A stretch of 64,000 nucleotides of DNA from Candidatus Omnitrophota bacterium (GTDB lineage: Bacteria; Omnitrophota; Gorgyraeia; Tantalellales; Tantalellaceae), in the NCBI GenBank assembly GCA_049643885.1, contig JBARQV010000015.1, forward strand, positions 11,430 through 75,429, given 5' to 3'. Each line of letters starts with the position of its first letter. The stretch's first letter is position 1. Under the pieces are notes generated by a model that had not been told where the DNA came from, made no database searches, and worked only from the letters and a program-made list of their open reading frames with translations. Positions 47,778 to 58,749 of the stretch are shown one piece after another. The translations under genes and the position numbers were made by a program.

Positions 47778-50700
47778 ATGACTGAACCGCGATCTGGTTT
47801 TATACATTTGCACGTCCATACTCAGTACAGCCTCCTTGACGGAGCCTGCCGTCTGGATGAACTCCTAGGCAGGGTCCAGGAATACAATATGTCTGCCTGC
47901 GCGATAACCGACCACGGGAACATGTACGGGGCGGTAGAGTTTTACCAGAGGGCCGTAAAAAGGGGTATCAAGCCGATCATCGGCGCGGAGATCTATATCG
48001 CGCCCGAAAGCCGTTTTGATAAGACAAGCCACGGTATAAAAGGGGCATCATTCCACCTGGTCCTCCTGGCCAAGAACATGACCGGGTATAAGAACCTGAT
48101 GGAGATAGTCTCCTGCGGGTACCTGGAGGGTTTTTACTATAAACCCCGGGTAGATAAGGAAGTCCTGTCGCGCTGCAATAAGGGCCTTATATGTATGTCA
48201 GCCTGTCTCAAGGGCGAAATATCCCATTTTCTTCTGTCCGACCAGTGGGACCAGGCCAGGAAGGCAGCCACGGAATACGTGGATATATTCGGCAAGGAGA
48301 ATTTTTACCTTGAGCTGCAGGATAATAATATCGAGGAGCAGCGTGTCCTTAACCAGAGGATCGTCAAACTTGCCGGAGAGCTTGACCTGCAGCTGGTAGC
48401 GACAAACGACGTCCATTACCTGAACCGTGACGATGCCAGGGCCCACGAGGCGCTTCTCTGTATACAGACGCAGACCACTCTGGACGATCCCAACCGCATG
48501 AAGTTCCAATCGGATCAACTATATTTCAAATCTCCGGAAGAGATGAAAGAACTTTTCGCGGATCTTCCCGAGGCCATAGCCAATACGGTTAAAATAGCCG
48601 ACAGCTGCCAGCTTGAGCTGAACTTTAATGAGATGCACTTGCCGAAGTTCAAGACGCCCGATGGGGCGGACAACGAAGGGTTTTTCAAAAAGCTTGTCCA
48701 GGAAGGCATTGCAAAAAGGTACAAGGCCGTGACCGGAGAGATAAAAGAGCGCGTGAACCACGAGTATAAGATCATAAAGGACCTGGGGTATATCAGCTAC
48801 TTTTTGATAGTCTGGGATTTCATAAATTTCGCGAAAAACAAAGGTATCCCGGTCGGTCCGGGCAGAGGGTCGGCGGCCGGGAGCATTATCAGTTACGCCC
48901 TGGGCATAACCGATATAGACCCGCTGAAGTACAATCTTATCTTCGAAAGGTTTCTTAATCCGGAAAGGGTCACCATGCCGGATATTGATATAGATTTCTG
49001 TTTCGAGAGAAGGAACGAGGTCATCGATTATGTCATAGATAAGTATTCCAAGGAGAACGTAGCCCAGATCATCACTTTTGGGACGATGATGGCCAAAGGC
49101 GTATTGAGAGACGTGGGCCGGGTCATGAGTCTTCCTTACGCGGAGGTAGATAAGATCGCCAAGCTTGTCCCGAATGATATCGGCATAACCCTGGAACAGG
49201 CTTTGCAGATAGAACCGGATCTCAGGAACGCGTATAAGGAAGATCCTAAGATAAAGCTTCTCATAGATACTTCGCGGAGGCTCGAAGGCCTTACGCGCCA
49301 CGCATCGACACATGCCGCGGGAGTAGTGATATCGGATAAACCCCTCTTGAAACGGATACCGCTTTTCAAGACTGTTGACGACCAGATCACCACCGGATTC
49401 GAAATGAAATCTCTCGAGAAGCTGGGCATGCTGAAGATGGATTTCCTGGGGCTAAAGACCCTTACCGTCATCGATCAGACCATCCAAATAGTCAAACGCA
49501 CAAAGTCTCAGAATATCGTCATAGAAGATATTTCCCTGGGTGATAAAAAGACGTTTGATCTGCTGGACGGGGCGGAGACTGCGGGAGTATTCCAGCTGGA
49601 ATCCGGCGGGATGAGAGATCTGCTGCGCAAGATAAGACCCGAAAAACTTGAAGACCTTATCGCTATACTTGCCCTTTACCGGCCGGGTCCCATGGGAAGC
49701 GGGATGCTTGACGAATTCATCAAAAGGCAGCAGGGCGAGATCGAGGTGAAATATGACCACCCGGTTCTTGAGCCCATACTTAAAGAGACTTACGGGGTAA
49801 TCGTCTACCAGGAACAGGTGATGCAGATCGTCTCGGTCCTGGCCGGGTTTAGCATGTCCGAAGCCGATAATGTCCGTAAGGTCATGTCGAAAAAGAACCC
49901 CGAAGCCATGGCCAAGCTTAAGGCAAAGTTCCTGGGCGGGGCTGCGGGGAACAAGATCGATATGGCCACCGCCGAGAAGATATTTGACCTTATCGCTTAC
50001 TTTGCCGGTTACGGTTTCAATAAATCCCATAGCGCGGCTTACGCCATGATCAGTTACAGGACAGCCTACTTAAAGGCGAATTATCCGGTAGAATTCATGA
50101 CGGCGCTTCTTACCAGCGAAAAGAACAACACGGACAAGCTTTCGGATTATATCAGCGAATCGATAAGGATGGGGATAGAGATCCTTCCCCCGGATGTTAA
50201 CGAAAGTTTCAAGGATTTTACCGTAGTAGGGAACGACATCAGGTTCGGACTTTCGGCGGTCAAGAACGTCGGGGTGAACGCGGCAGACTTTATCATTTCG
50301 ACCAGGCAGGAAAGCGGCAAGTTCGAGTCACTGGTCGATTTTGCCGAAAAAGCCGATTCCCGCCTGGTGAACAGGAAAGTCGTGGAAAGCCTGGTAAAAT
50401 GCGGCGCCTTCGATTCCACGGGCATAAAAAGGTCGCAGGCGATGGCTATACTGGACAAGGTCCTGGAGCTGGCCAGTAAGACCCAGAAAGACCGGCGTAA
50501 CGGGCAGATGTCGTTTTTTGACGACATACACGAAGAAGAGAGTTTCAAGTTCAGTTTTCAGGAAGTGCCGGATATAGAAGAGTGGCCGGAACACGAGCTT
50601 CTGGCAAACGAGAAGGAAATGCTCGGGTTTTATATAACCAAGCATCCACTGGCGAGGTTCGAGAGGCTCTTGCACGCGTATTCGACATGCAGCGTTTCAA

Positions 50701-51230
50701 AACTCGCGAATCTTTCGGACGGCCAGGAGGTTTTGATCGGGGGTATCGTTAAAAAGGTAAGAACTACGGTGACCCGGAAGAAAGGCGAAAAGATGGCCAT
50801 CGTGACCCTGGAGGACCTTGATAATTTTGTAGGGGTGCTGGTGTTTCCATCGGCTTACCGCAAAGCTCCAGATCTGGTAAAAGAGGACAGCATGGTCTAT
50901 GTGCGCGGGCGTCTGAACCTGAGGGAAGAGGAGCCCAAAATAGTGGCCGAAGATATCATACCCCTTGAGAAGGTAAAGGAGATGTTCACAAAGTCGGTAC
51001 TGGTCAAGCTTTCCACAACGGGGCTCGAAGAAAAGACCATGGAAAGAATAAAGAAAGTGATGCAAAGGCACAAAGGAAAGATACCTGTTTTTGTTGACAT
51101 CGTTTCACCCGGGGGCAGAAGGATCAGGTTGTCCACGGACAAGGATCTGGGTGTCTACCCGAGTGACGAGCTTGTCGCAGAGGTGGAAGAGATCGTGGGC
51201 CCCGGGAATATCAAATTCGTGACCAAATAA
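47778..51230 (+). CDS. dnaE: DNA polymerase III alpha subunit
   Basis: PHP domain HLHVHTQYSLLDG; polymerase core GPGRGSAAGS; 1150 aa. Confidence 0.95.
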   Translation: MTEPRSGFIHLHVHTQYSLLDGACRLDELLGRVQEYNMSACAITDHGNMYGAVEFYQRAVKRGIKPIIGAEIYIAPESRFDKTSHGIKGASFHLVLLAKNMTGYKNLMEIVSCGYLEGFYYKPRVDKEVLSRCNKGLICMSACLKGEISHFLLSDQWDQARKAATEYVDIFGKENFYLELQDNNIEEQRVLNQRIVKLAGELDLQLVATNDVHYLNRDDARAHEALLCIQTQTTLDDPNRMKFQSDQLYFKSPEEMKELFADLPEAIANTVKIADSCQLELNFNEMHLPKFKTPDGADNEGFFKKLVQEGIAKRYKAVTGEIKERVNHEYKIIKDLGYISYFLIVWDFINFAKNKGIPVGPGRGSAAGSIISYALGITDIDPLKYNLIFERFLNPERVTMPDIDIDFCFERRNEVIDYVIDKYSKENVAQIITFGTMMAKGVLRDVGRVMSLPYAEVDKIAKLVPNDIGITLEQALQIEPDLRNAYKEDPKIKLLIDTSRRLEGLTRHASTHAAGVVISDKPLLKRIPLFKTVDDQITTGFEMKSLEKLGMLKMDFLGLKTLTVIDQTIQIVKRTKSQNIVIEDISLGDKKTFDLLDGAETAGVFQLESGGMRDLLRKIRPEKLEDLIAILALYRPGPMGSGMLDEFIKRQQGEIEVKYDHPVLEPILKETYGVIVYQEQVMQIVSVLAGFSMSEADNVRKVMSKKNPEAMAKLKAKFLGGAAGNKIDMATAEKIFDLIAYFAGYGFNKSHSAAYAMISYRTAYLKANYPVEFMTALLTSEKNNTDKLSDYISESIRMGIEILPPDVNESFKDFTVVGNDIRFGLSAVKNVGVNAADFIISTRQESGKFESLVDFAEKADSRLVNRKVVESLVKCGAFDSTGIKRSQAMAILDKVLELASKTQKDRRNGQMSFFDDIHEEESFKFSFQEVPDIEEWPEHELLANEKEMLGFYITKHPLARFERLLHAYSTCSVSKLANLSDGQEVLIGGIVKKVRTTVTRKKGEKMAIVTLEDLDNFVGVLVFPSAYRKAPDLVKEDSMVYVRGRLNLREEEPKIVAEDIIPLEKVKEMFTKSVLVKLSTTGLEEKTMERIKKVMQRHKGKIPVFVDIVSPGGRRIRLSTDKDLGVYPSDELVAEVEEIVGPGNIKFVTK

Positions 51231-51242
51231 CGGTAAACGGGG

Positions 51243-51271
51243 TTGACATAGTCCATAACCCGTGTTAACAT
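51243..51271 (+). promoter_or_regulatory. Promoter TTGACA-N17-TAACAT upstream of hup
   Basis: Read directly. Confidence 0.45.
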
Positions 51272-51317
51272 AACAACTTATCGATAAGAATAGCAAAAAA
51301 AAGAAAGGGGAGAATAT

Positions 51318-51599
51318 ATGACGAAGAAAGACATTATCATGAAGATCGCTGAAGACACGGGATTGAAGCAGATCGATGTCAAGGAGGTCGTGCAGAGGAC
51401 TTTTGATATCATCACTGACAGTTTGACCAAAGGGGAAACTGTCGAGCTTAGAAATTTCGGCATCCTTAAAGTAAAGACCCGCAAAGGCAGAATGGGCCGG
51501 AATCCAAGAACAGGCGACAATGTCTCCATACCCGATAAGAAGGTAGTATCTTTCAAGCCGGGGATGAAGATGAAACTCGACGTGGAAAGAAGCTCCTGA
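51318..51599 (+). CDS. hup: HU/IHF-family DNA-binding protein
   Basis: Histone-like DNA-binding family signature GFGxF-RxxRxGRNPxTGxxI, seen here as FGILKVKTRKGRMGRNPRTGDNVSIP. Confidence 0.9.
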   Translation: MTKKDIIMKIAEDTGLKQIDVKEVVQRTFDIITDSLTKGETVELRNFGILKVKTRKGRMGRNPRTGDNVSIPDKKVVSFKPGMKMKLDVERSS

Positions 51600-51648
51600 T
51601 CGCACAAACAAACACACGTATATTCACGTATCTATTAAAAGGAGGATC

Positions 51649-52902
51649 GTGGGTTTCACGCCTAAGTATAAAGCCCTGAGGGGGATGCCGGATATACTTC
51701 CGGAAGACGCTGCTATTATGCGTTGGGTGGAAGAAAGGGCCAGAGAGGCGTTTGACAGGTTCGGCTACCGGGAAATAAGGACGCCGCTCGTGGAACAAAC
51801 GGAAGTTTTTACCCGCAGTATAGGGGAGGATACAGACATCGTCGAAAAAGAGATGTACTCCTTTACCGACCGCGGTGGTAAAAACATTTCGCTCCGTCCG
51901 GAGGCCACTGCCTCCATAATCCGCGCTTATATCGAACATGGGATGCATGCCGAGAATGACGTCACAAAGCTTTATTACATTGGCCCCATGTTCAGGGGTG
52001 AACGTCCCCAGAAAGGCCGCCAGAGGCAGTTCTACCAGATAGGCGCGGAGATCATCGGCAGTTCCGACCCGTACGTTGATGCCGAACTTATTCTTAACCT
52101 TCAGGCCTTGCTCAAGAACATCGGGATAAACGGTTTTGAAATATTGCTCAATTCTCTGGGCTGTTCTTCGGACCGTGCCCCCTATAAAAGAGAGTTGACT
52201 AAATACCTGTCAGAAAAAAAAGGCAAGTTGTGTGATGATTGTGTCAGGCGGACCGGGACCAATGTCCTTCGCGTACTTGACTGTAAAAAGAAGGAATGCA
52301 GGAAGGTGATCGAAAAAGCACCCTCTGTTCTTGATCATCTCTGCGATAAATGCAGGGATGATTATGAAAAGGTTAGAGCCGTTCTTTCCGGGATGGATGT
52401 CGCCTTTACAGAGAAAAAAGATCTGGTCAGGGGCCTGGATTATTATACCAATACAGTTTTTGAAGTCGTTCATTCTGCACTCGGAGCCCAGGACGCTATA
52501 GCCGCCGGGGGCAGGTACGATGACCTGACCAGACAGATGGGCGGTCCGGTTGTGGGGGCAACGGGTTACGCTGTAGGCGTTGAAAGGCTGCTTTTGGCCG
52601 TCGACCGTGAAAAAATAGATCTTCTCCTGCCGGGGATACTGGTCATAGCGGTGGACGGGGATTCCAAGCCGGAGGCTTTTGCCCTGGCCGAGAAGTTCAG
52701 GTCCGCGGGGCCGGCGTGTGAAATGGATATTTCGGGGCGCTCTCTGAAGGCACAGCTTCGCAAGGCGAATAAAGACGGAAGGAAATTCGTGATAATGCTC
52801 GGCGAAGAAGAAAGAAAGAGCGGAAAGCTGCTCTTGAAGGATATGGAAACGGGCCAGCAGGAAACACTGACATTTGAAGAAGCATTGAAAAGAGTAAAAT
52901 AA
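51649..52902 (+). CDS. hisS: Histidyl-tRNA synthetase
   Basis: GTG start after GGAGGA. Class II motifs: MFRGERPQKGRQRQF; GGRYD. Confidence 0.9.
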   Translation: MGFTPKYKALRGMPDILPEDAAIMRWVEERAREAFDRFGYREIRTPLVEQTEVFTRSIGEDTDIVEKEMYSFTDRGGKNISLRPEATASIIRAYIEHGMHAENDVTKLYYIGPMFRGERPQKGRQRQFYQIGAEIIGSSDPYVDAELILNLQALLKNIGINGFEILLNSLGCSSDRAPYKRELTKYLSEKKGKLCDDCVRRTGTNVLRVLDCKKKECRKVIEKAPSVLDHLCDKCRDDYEKVRAVLSGMDVAFTEKKDLVRGLDYYTNTVFEVVHSALGAQDAIAAGGRYDDLTRQMGGPVVGATGYAVGVERLLLAVDREKIDLLLPGILVIAVDGDSKPEAFALAEKFRSAGPACEMDISGRSLKAQLRKANKDGRKFVIMLGEEERKSGKLLLKDMETGQQETLTFEEALKRVK

Positions 52903-52936
52903 CGAACGGCATTCTAAAGAACAGGAAATAGACAAC

Positions 52937-54700
52937 ATGATGAGGACGCATAACTGCGGGGAATTGGACGCGAAAGATCTGGGAAAAAAAGTGACCCTCT
53001 GCGGCTGGGTCGCCGCAAGAAGGGATCACGGAGAGATCATTTTCATGGACCTCAGGGATAAACACGGGGTGGCCCAGATAGTTTTCGACCCGGACAAGAA
53101 CAAGGAAGCTCATCAAAAGGCCCACCAGCTTAAAAATGAGTACTGCATAAAGATCACGGGTAAGGTCTCGCCCAGGCCCGAAGGCACCGTGAACCCTAAG
53201 CTTCCCACGGGTGAGATCGAAATAGAAATCGAAGATGCGGAAGTGCTTTCCGAGTCTCTCACGCCGCCGTTCGAGATCAAGGAAAACGTCAACATAAGCG
53301 AAGAGGTGCGTCTTAAATACCGCTACCTGGACCTGAGACGGGAATCCATGCAGAAAAAACTTACCCTTAAACACAAGGTCTATAAATTCGTCACTGATTT
53401 CCTGGATTCAGAAGGATTTATTTCGGTGGAGACGCCGTGCCTGACCAAGTCGACGCCTGAAGGGGCAAGGGATTATCTTGTACCGTGCAGGATCCAGAGA
53501 GGAAGCTTTTACGCGCTTCCCCAGTCGCCACAGATATTCAAACAGCTCTTGATGGTCGCCGGTGTGGAGAAATATTTCCAGCTTGCCCGGTGTTTCCGCG
53601 ATGAAGACCTGCGCGCCGACCGTCAGCCGGAGTTCACCCAGCTGGATATGGAGATGTCATTTGTCGAGCAGGACGATATTTTGGATGTCTGCGAAAGGAT
53701 GTTCAGGGGGCTTTTCAGGGCGATCATGGGTCTGGAATTGGAGATCCCCTTTAAAAGGGTGGATTACCTGGAAGCGATGAGCCGGTACGGTTCGGATAAG
53801 CCCGATACCCGTTTTGAAGTATTCCTTCATGATTTTACCGAGGACGTGAAGAGCAGTGATTTTAAGGTCTTCAAAGATGCGGCTCATTCCGGGGGCATAG
53901 TGACAGGGCTGGCCGCTCCCGGGTACGCGGGCATCAGCCGGAAGGAAATAGACGAGCTTACTGCTTTTGTCGGAGGATTCGGAGCGAAAGGCCTGGCCTA
54001 TTTCAAGGTCGAAGATGAAAGGATCACTTCTCCAATAGCTAAATTTTTCACCCCTGAATTATTGGAGCTTTTCAAGGAAAGGGCAGGAGCCGGCCCCGGG
54101 GACATGATATTCATGGTTGCTGATTCAGCGGATGTCGCCCGCGAATCGCTGGGTGCGCTCCGGCTCAGGATCGGGCGCGAAAAGAAACTGCCCGATCCCA
54201 AAAAGTATGAATTTCTCTGGATAGTGGACTTTCCTCTTTTCAAATTCAACAGGGATGAAGAAAAGTGGGTATCCGAGCATCATCCTTTTACCGGTTTTTG
54301 CGAAGAGGACATGAAATTCCTGGATACCGGTGAACTTGCAAAGGTCAGGTCCAAATCCTATGACCTCGTTCTTAACGGTAGCGAGATAGGTTCGGGAAGC
54401 ATCAGGATCCACCGCCGGGACGTTCAGCAGAAGATATTCAAAGCACTGGGGCTGAGCAAGGAGCAGTGCGAAAAGAGGTTCGGCTTTCTGCTTGATGCTT
54501 TTCGCTACGGCCCGCCGCCGCACGGGGGGATCGCCTTCGGCATGGACAGGCTAATCACCTTGTTTACCGGGGACTCGTCGATCCGCGAGGTCATACCTTT
54601 TCCCAAGACACAGAAAGGCGTGTCTCCTCTTTCGGGGGCGCCGACGACCGTTGATGAGGAACAATTAAAAGAACTGGGAATAAAATTGAGGAAGCAGTAA
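52937..54700 (+). CDS. aspS: Aspartyl-tRNA synthetase
   Basis: OB-fold N-terminus, FRDEDLRADRQPEFTQLD motif 2, GLDRL motif 3. Bacterial insertion domain present. Confidence 0.95.
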   Translation: MMRTHNCGELDAKDLGKKVTLCGWVAARRDHGEIIFMDLRDKHGVAQIVFDPDKNKEAHQKAHQLKNEYCIKITGKVSPRPEGTVNPKLPTGEIEIEIEDAEVLSESLTPPFEIKENVNISEEVRLKYRYLDLRRESMQKKLTLKHKVYKFVTDFLDSEGFISVETPCLTKSTPEGARDYLVPCRIQRGSFYALPQSPQIFKQLLMVAGVEKYFQLARCFRDEDLRADRQPEFTQLDMEMSFVEQDDILDVCERMFRGLFRAIMGLELEIPFKRVDYLEAMSRYGSDKPDTRFEVFLHDFTEDVKSSDFKVFKDAAHSGGIVTGLAAPGYAGISRKEIDELTAFVGGFGAKGLAYFKVEDERITSPIAKFFTPELLELFKERAGAGPGDMIFMVADSADVARESLGALRLRIGREKKLPDPKKYEFLWIVDFPLFKFNRDEEKWVSEHHPFTGFCEEDMKFLDTGELAKVRSKSYDLVLNGSEIGSGSIRIHRRDVQQKIFKALGLSKEQCEKRFGFLLDAFRYGPPPHGGIAFGMDRLITLFTGDSSIREVIPFPKTQKGVSPLSGAPTTVDEEQLKELGIKLRKQ

Positions 54701-54721
54701 ATGATGAGCAAGGAGATTGTC

Positions 54722-55072
54722 ATGAAAAAACTTTTTATATTGATCGTCCTTACCGGTTTTATTTTGTCCGGATGCGGCACTACAAAATTCGGGATCGATA
54801 CGGTAAAAGTCTATAAGACCAAAATGGACCGTGTAGACCAGGCTGTTGTAGGCAACCGGGGGTATATTGTGGGAGAAAGCCCCGAGGGTCCTGTGCCGGA
54901 AAGGAAGCGTCAACGGACGATGATAGTTGTCGATTGGGACGTCCCGGATGATTTTATTATCGGGGAAATAGGAAGGGATCTGCCGGGTGAAGAAGAGACG
55001 ACTTCCCCTGAAAAGACTTCAGGCTGCGTGACAAGGGAAGAGGTCACAAAATCTGAAGAATGGATCAAGTGA
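54722..55072 (+). CDS. Hypothetical lipoprotein
   Basis: MKKLFILIVLTGFILSGCGT with lipobox LSGC. Confidence 0.6.
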   Translation: MKKLFILIVLTGFILSGCGTTKFGIDTVKVYKTKMDRVDQAVVGNRGYIVGESPEGPVPERKRQRTMIVVDWDVPDDFIIGEIGRDLPGEEETTSPEKTSGCVTREEVTKSEEWIK

Positions 55073-55073
55073 A

Positions 55074-56033
55074 ATGGCCGAAGTCATTATCAAAATAACG
55101 AACGACTCTGAAGCGCGCAGTCTATTTGGCAAGCATGATGAGAACCTGAAAAAGATCGAAAAAGGGTTCGGGGTCACAACGTCTTTTCGGGGAGGGGACC
55201 TGAAGCTTACCGGCGAAGATCCTTCTCTGGGTGATGCCGCGAAGATCATAAACGAATTTTTGACCGTGATAAGGGAAGGCGGGCACTTTTCCATTCGTGA
55301 TATCGATTACGCCATAAAAAACAAGAGGATCTCCGGGAAATTGCACGACATTTATCTGGACCGCATAGAAGTTTTTTCAAAACGAGCTTATATCACTCCG
55401 AAGAGTGAGGGGCAGAAACAGTATATCGATGCCATCCGCAGGTTCGATATAGTCTTCGGGATCGGTCCTGCCGGGACAGGCAAGACTTACCTGGCCATGG
55501 CCATGGCTATCAACGCGCTCAAAAAGAACTTAGTCTCAAGGATAATACTGACCCGTCCAGCCGTTGAAGCGGGTGAAAGCCTTGGCTATCTTCCCGGGGA
55601 CATATATGAAAAGGTGAACCCGTATCTTCGGCCGCTGTATGACGCCCTCTATGATATGGTCGAGCCGCATATGGCCAAGGACTATCTTGACCGCGGTATC
55701 ATCGAGGTCGCGCCGCTCGCGTTCATGAGGGGAAGGACCCTTAATGATTCGTTCATCATCCTTGACGAAGCCCAGAATTCCACGCCTGAACAGATGAAAA
55801 TGTTCCTTACCCGGCTCGGATTTGATTCCAAAACAGTCATTACCGGAGACATAACCCAGAGCGATCTGCCCAGGGGCAAAGAGTCGGGCCTTGTCCATGT
55901 AAAGTCGCTGCTGGAAAACATAGACGGCATAGAATTCGTGATCATGAAGGGTGAAGATGTGGTCAGGCACGAACTCGTTCAAAGGATCATCGAGATATAT
56001 AGGCAGCACGCGGAGAAAGAAAGCAAGGAGTAG
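55074..56033 (+). CDS. phoH: PhoH-like ATPase
   Basis: Walker A GPAGTGKTY. PhoH family, in the phoH / HD-membrane / ybeY gene order. Confidence 0.9.
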   Translation: MAEVIIKITNDSEARSLFGKHDENLKKIEKGFGVTTSFRGGDLKLTGEDPSLGDAAKIINEFLTVIREGGHFSIRDIDYAIKNKRISGKLHDIYLDRIEVFSKRAYITPKSEGQKQYIDAIRRFDIVFGIGPAGTGKTYLAMAMAINALKKNLVSRIILTRPAVEAGESLGYLPGDIYEKVNPYLRPLYDALYDMVEPHMAKDYLDRGIIEVAPLAFMRGRTLNDSFIILDEAQNSTPEQMKMFLTRLGFDSKTVITGDITQSDLPRGKESGLVHVKSLLENIDGIEFVIMKGEDVVRHELVQRIIEIYRQHAEKESKE

Positions 56034-56039
56034 TTTAAA

Positions 56040-58376
56040 ATGAAGGGAAGACCTATATTCGACGAGAATAACAAGAAAAAACTGGAGATGCAGAAAACTT
56101 CCCAGAAGGCCGGTCAGGCCCCGGCGCAACCGGCGCCTCCTCCGGGCAGGCGGGTCATGGATGTCTTGATCGGCGGGAAGGCGCTTTCGGTGCTCTTGCT
56201 TATAGTGTTTCTGGCCGCGGTCCTGGCCAGCGTGTTTATCAGTCCTCAACCGTATCGAAGAGAAGTGCGCGCGGGGGACATCTCTCTCCAGGATATGTAC
56301 TCTCCTTATGATTTTACATATTTCTGGGGGATAAACGAGAGCGAAACGGAAAAGGCCAGGAAAGCCGCTGCTATGGCCGTTCCTTATCTGGTTCGCAGGG
56401 ACGCGGCCCGAGAGAGGGATGCCCAGGCGCGTCTTGAGGGCTTTTTTAATGTCATGGAAGAGGAAAAAGCGCGGGAGATCCCTATAGAAGAAAAAGTAAA
56501 AAGTCTTAAAGAGAAGACGGTTTCCGGCGCCGATGAAAAGAATTTCCAGACTTTGATCGAATACGCGGACAGCCGGGAATTGAAGGAAAAGTCCGTGGAT
56601 ATACTGAAAAATGTCTTTAAAATAGGGTATATTAACGAGCAGAACAGGGATCTTTTTAAAAAAGAAAACGTCACCAGTGTCGTTGTCCTGAAAGAAGATA
56701 ACGGGACTGAAATAGTGCGGTCCACCGAAGGATTTTTAGATAAGGAAGGGGTCATTAAAGTCATAGGGGATTACGCTTCTAAAAATTTTTCGGACAAAAA
56801 AGTCAGGCAAGCGACCCAAGAACTTATCGGAGTGTATGCCGAACCTTCACTGAAGCTGGACGAAAAAGTCAGTTTTTCAAGAAGGGAGGCCGCGCGGAAA
56901 AAAGTCCAGCCGGTATATAGCGAATGGTCGGTAAAAAAGAACGAACTTATCGTTAATAAGGGCGAAAGGGTCAACGCGCGCCACACCGCACAGTTAGCCG
57001 AGATAAGGAGCACCTTGTCCGAGGGCAAGACCATGGTCTTTTTCACGGGAGTCCTTCTTCTTTTCCTCCTGCTTAGTATGATCGCGTACGTTTACATGAA
57101 ATTCACGGGCGGGATCAACTTCCTGCAGAGGCCGAAGGAACTTTCAATTATACTCCTGAACATGTTTTTCATCATCGTTGTCGCGGATTTCATCATCCGC
57201 GGCCCTTTACCGAGTTATTTCATACCGCTGGCCAGTATCGGCATGGCGATCAAGCTTCTTATCGGTTTCAACCCGGCTTTTTTGACGGTGGTCCTCATGA
57301 GCATTTTGATGTCCCTGCTCGCCGGGAGCAAGATAGAAGTAGCTCTGGTCCTTTTTGCCGGGAGCGTGGCCGGGATATACGCGGTCAGGGGTGCCCGGCG
57401 CCGCGCGACCATTTTATGGGGAGGACTGGTAGTAGGCCTAGCGAAATTTGTCGCGGTCGTATGTGTCGGAATGATCAACGGTATAGACGCGAACATCTAT
57501 CTGAGGGACGGGCTATGGGGCATATTCAGCGGTGTTATTTCCGGAGTAATAGTCCTGGGCCTTTTGCCTCTTTTTGAGCATTTTTTCAAAGTTCCGACCA
57601 ATATCAGCCTTCTGGAGCTCTCGGACCTTAATCACCCGCTTTTGAAACAACTGGCCATAGAAGCACCGGGGACTTATCATCACAGCATACTTGTGGGTAA
57701 CCTGGCCGAAGCGGCCTGTGACAACATCGGTGCCAACAGCCTGCTGGCCAGGGTCGGGGCATATTATCACGATATCGGTAAAATACCCAAAGCTTCATAT
57801 TACAGTGAGAACGAGATGGGGGCGGGATCCAAGCACGAGAAGCTCACCCCGTCCATGAGCGCGCTAATTATCAGCAAACACGTGAAAGAGGGTCTTGAGA
57901 TGGCGAAAAAACACAAGCTGAACAGCGCGATACTTGAATTCATCGGCCAGCATCATGGAGACAGCCTGATATCTTACTTCTATCAAAAGGCATTGGAAAA
58001 AGCGGAAGACGGGGTCGTGCTGCATGAGGAAAATTTCCGCTATCCCGGTCCCAAACCCCAGACCAAGGAAACTGCTATCGTCCTTCTTGCTGACGCGGTC
58101 GAGGCGGCCTCGAGGACCCTGGACGAACCGACCCCGGCCAGTATAAGAAATCTTGTAAAAAAGATAATCAACAACAAGTTTATCGACAGCCAGCTGGATG
58201 AATGCGACCTGACTCTTAAGCATATCCACATGATCGCTGAAAGTTTTGCCTGGGTGTTAATGGGTGTTTTTCATACCAGGTTAGATTATCCGGAGGATGC
58301 GGAAGAGAAGAAAGAGAAAGCGTCAAATGCCGACAAGAATAAACTGCGAAAATCGAAACAGCAAAAGAAGGATTGA
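56040..58376 (+). CDS. 7TM-receptor HD-hydrolase membrane protein (YqfF/PgpH-like)
   Basis: Extracellular N-terminal domain, multiple TM segments, then the HD motif HHSILVGNLAEAA...YYHDIGK. Confidence 0.85.
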   Translation: MKGRPIFDENNKKKLEMQKTSQKAGQAPAQPAPPPGRRVMDVLIGGKALSVLLLIVFLAAVLASVFISPQPYRREVRAGDISLQDMYSPYDFTYFWGINESETEKARKAAAMAVPYLVRRDAARERDAQARLEGFFNVMEEEKAREIPIEEKVKSLKEKTVSGADEKNFQTLIEYADSRELKEKSVDILKNVFKIGYINEQNRDLFKKENVTSVVVLKEDNGTEIVRSTEGFLDKEGVIKVIGDYASKNFSDKKVRQATQELIGVYAEPSLKLDEKVSFSRREAARKKVQPVYSEWSVKKNELIVNKGERVNARHTAQLAEIRSTLSEGKTMVFFTGVLLLFLLLSMIAYVYMKFTGGINFLQRPKELSIILLNMFFIIVVADFIIRGPLPSYFIPLASIGMAIKLLIGFNPAFLTVVLMSILMSLLAGSKIEVALVLFAGSVAGIYAVRGARRRATILWGGLVVGLAKFVAVVCVGMINGIDANIYLRDGLWGIFSGVISGVIVLGLLPLFEHFFKVPTNISLLELSDLNHPLLKQLAIEAPGTYHHSILVGNLAEAACDNIGANSLLARVGAYYHDIGKIPKASYYSENEMGAGSKHEKLTPSMSALIISKHVKEGLEMAKKHKLNSAILEFIGQHHGDSLISYFYQKALEKAEDGVVLHEENFRYPGPKPQTKETAIVLLADAVEAASRTLDEPTPASIRNLVKKIINNKFIDSQLDECDLTLKHIHMIAESFAWVLMGVFHTRLDYPEDAEEKKEKASNADKNKLRKSKQQKKD

Positions 58377-58749
58377 CCTGGCAAGGATAGAAAAGGCAGC
58401 CCGGAAGGTCTTAGGTCTTTTAAAAAAAAGCAATATTGAGCTTAACATAATCTTTTTCAGCAACCAAAAGATAAGAGCTCTTAACCGCAAGTTCATGGGG
58501 ATCGACAGATCTACGGACGTCATCTCATTTGACGGAGCCGGTTCATTTTTAGGCGATGTAGCCATATCTTCGGACATGTCTTTTAAAAATGCGAAAATAT
58601 ACGGGGCGACATTCATGGAAGAAACCGTGCTTTATGTCATCCACGGTATTCTCCATCTCGTTGGGTATGACGACCGCACTGTAAATGCGCGTACGGCTAT
58701 GAAGGAAAAAGAAAATGGACTCTTCCAAAAAATCAAAGAAACCTTTTAG
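58327..58749 (+). CDS. ybeY: Endoribonuclease YbeY
   Basis: HGILHLVGYDD metal-binding motif. The start is uncertain because the 5' end overlaps the upstream gene by about 50 nt. Confidence 0.8.
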   Translation: MPTRINCENRNSKRRIDLARIEKAARKVLGLLKKSNIELNIIFFSNQKIRALNRKFMGIDRSTDVISFDGAGSFLGDVAISSDMSFKNAKIYGATFMEETVLYVIHGILHLVGYDDRTVNARTAMKEKENGLFQKIKETF

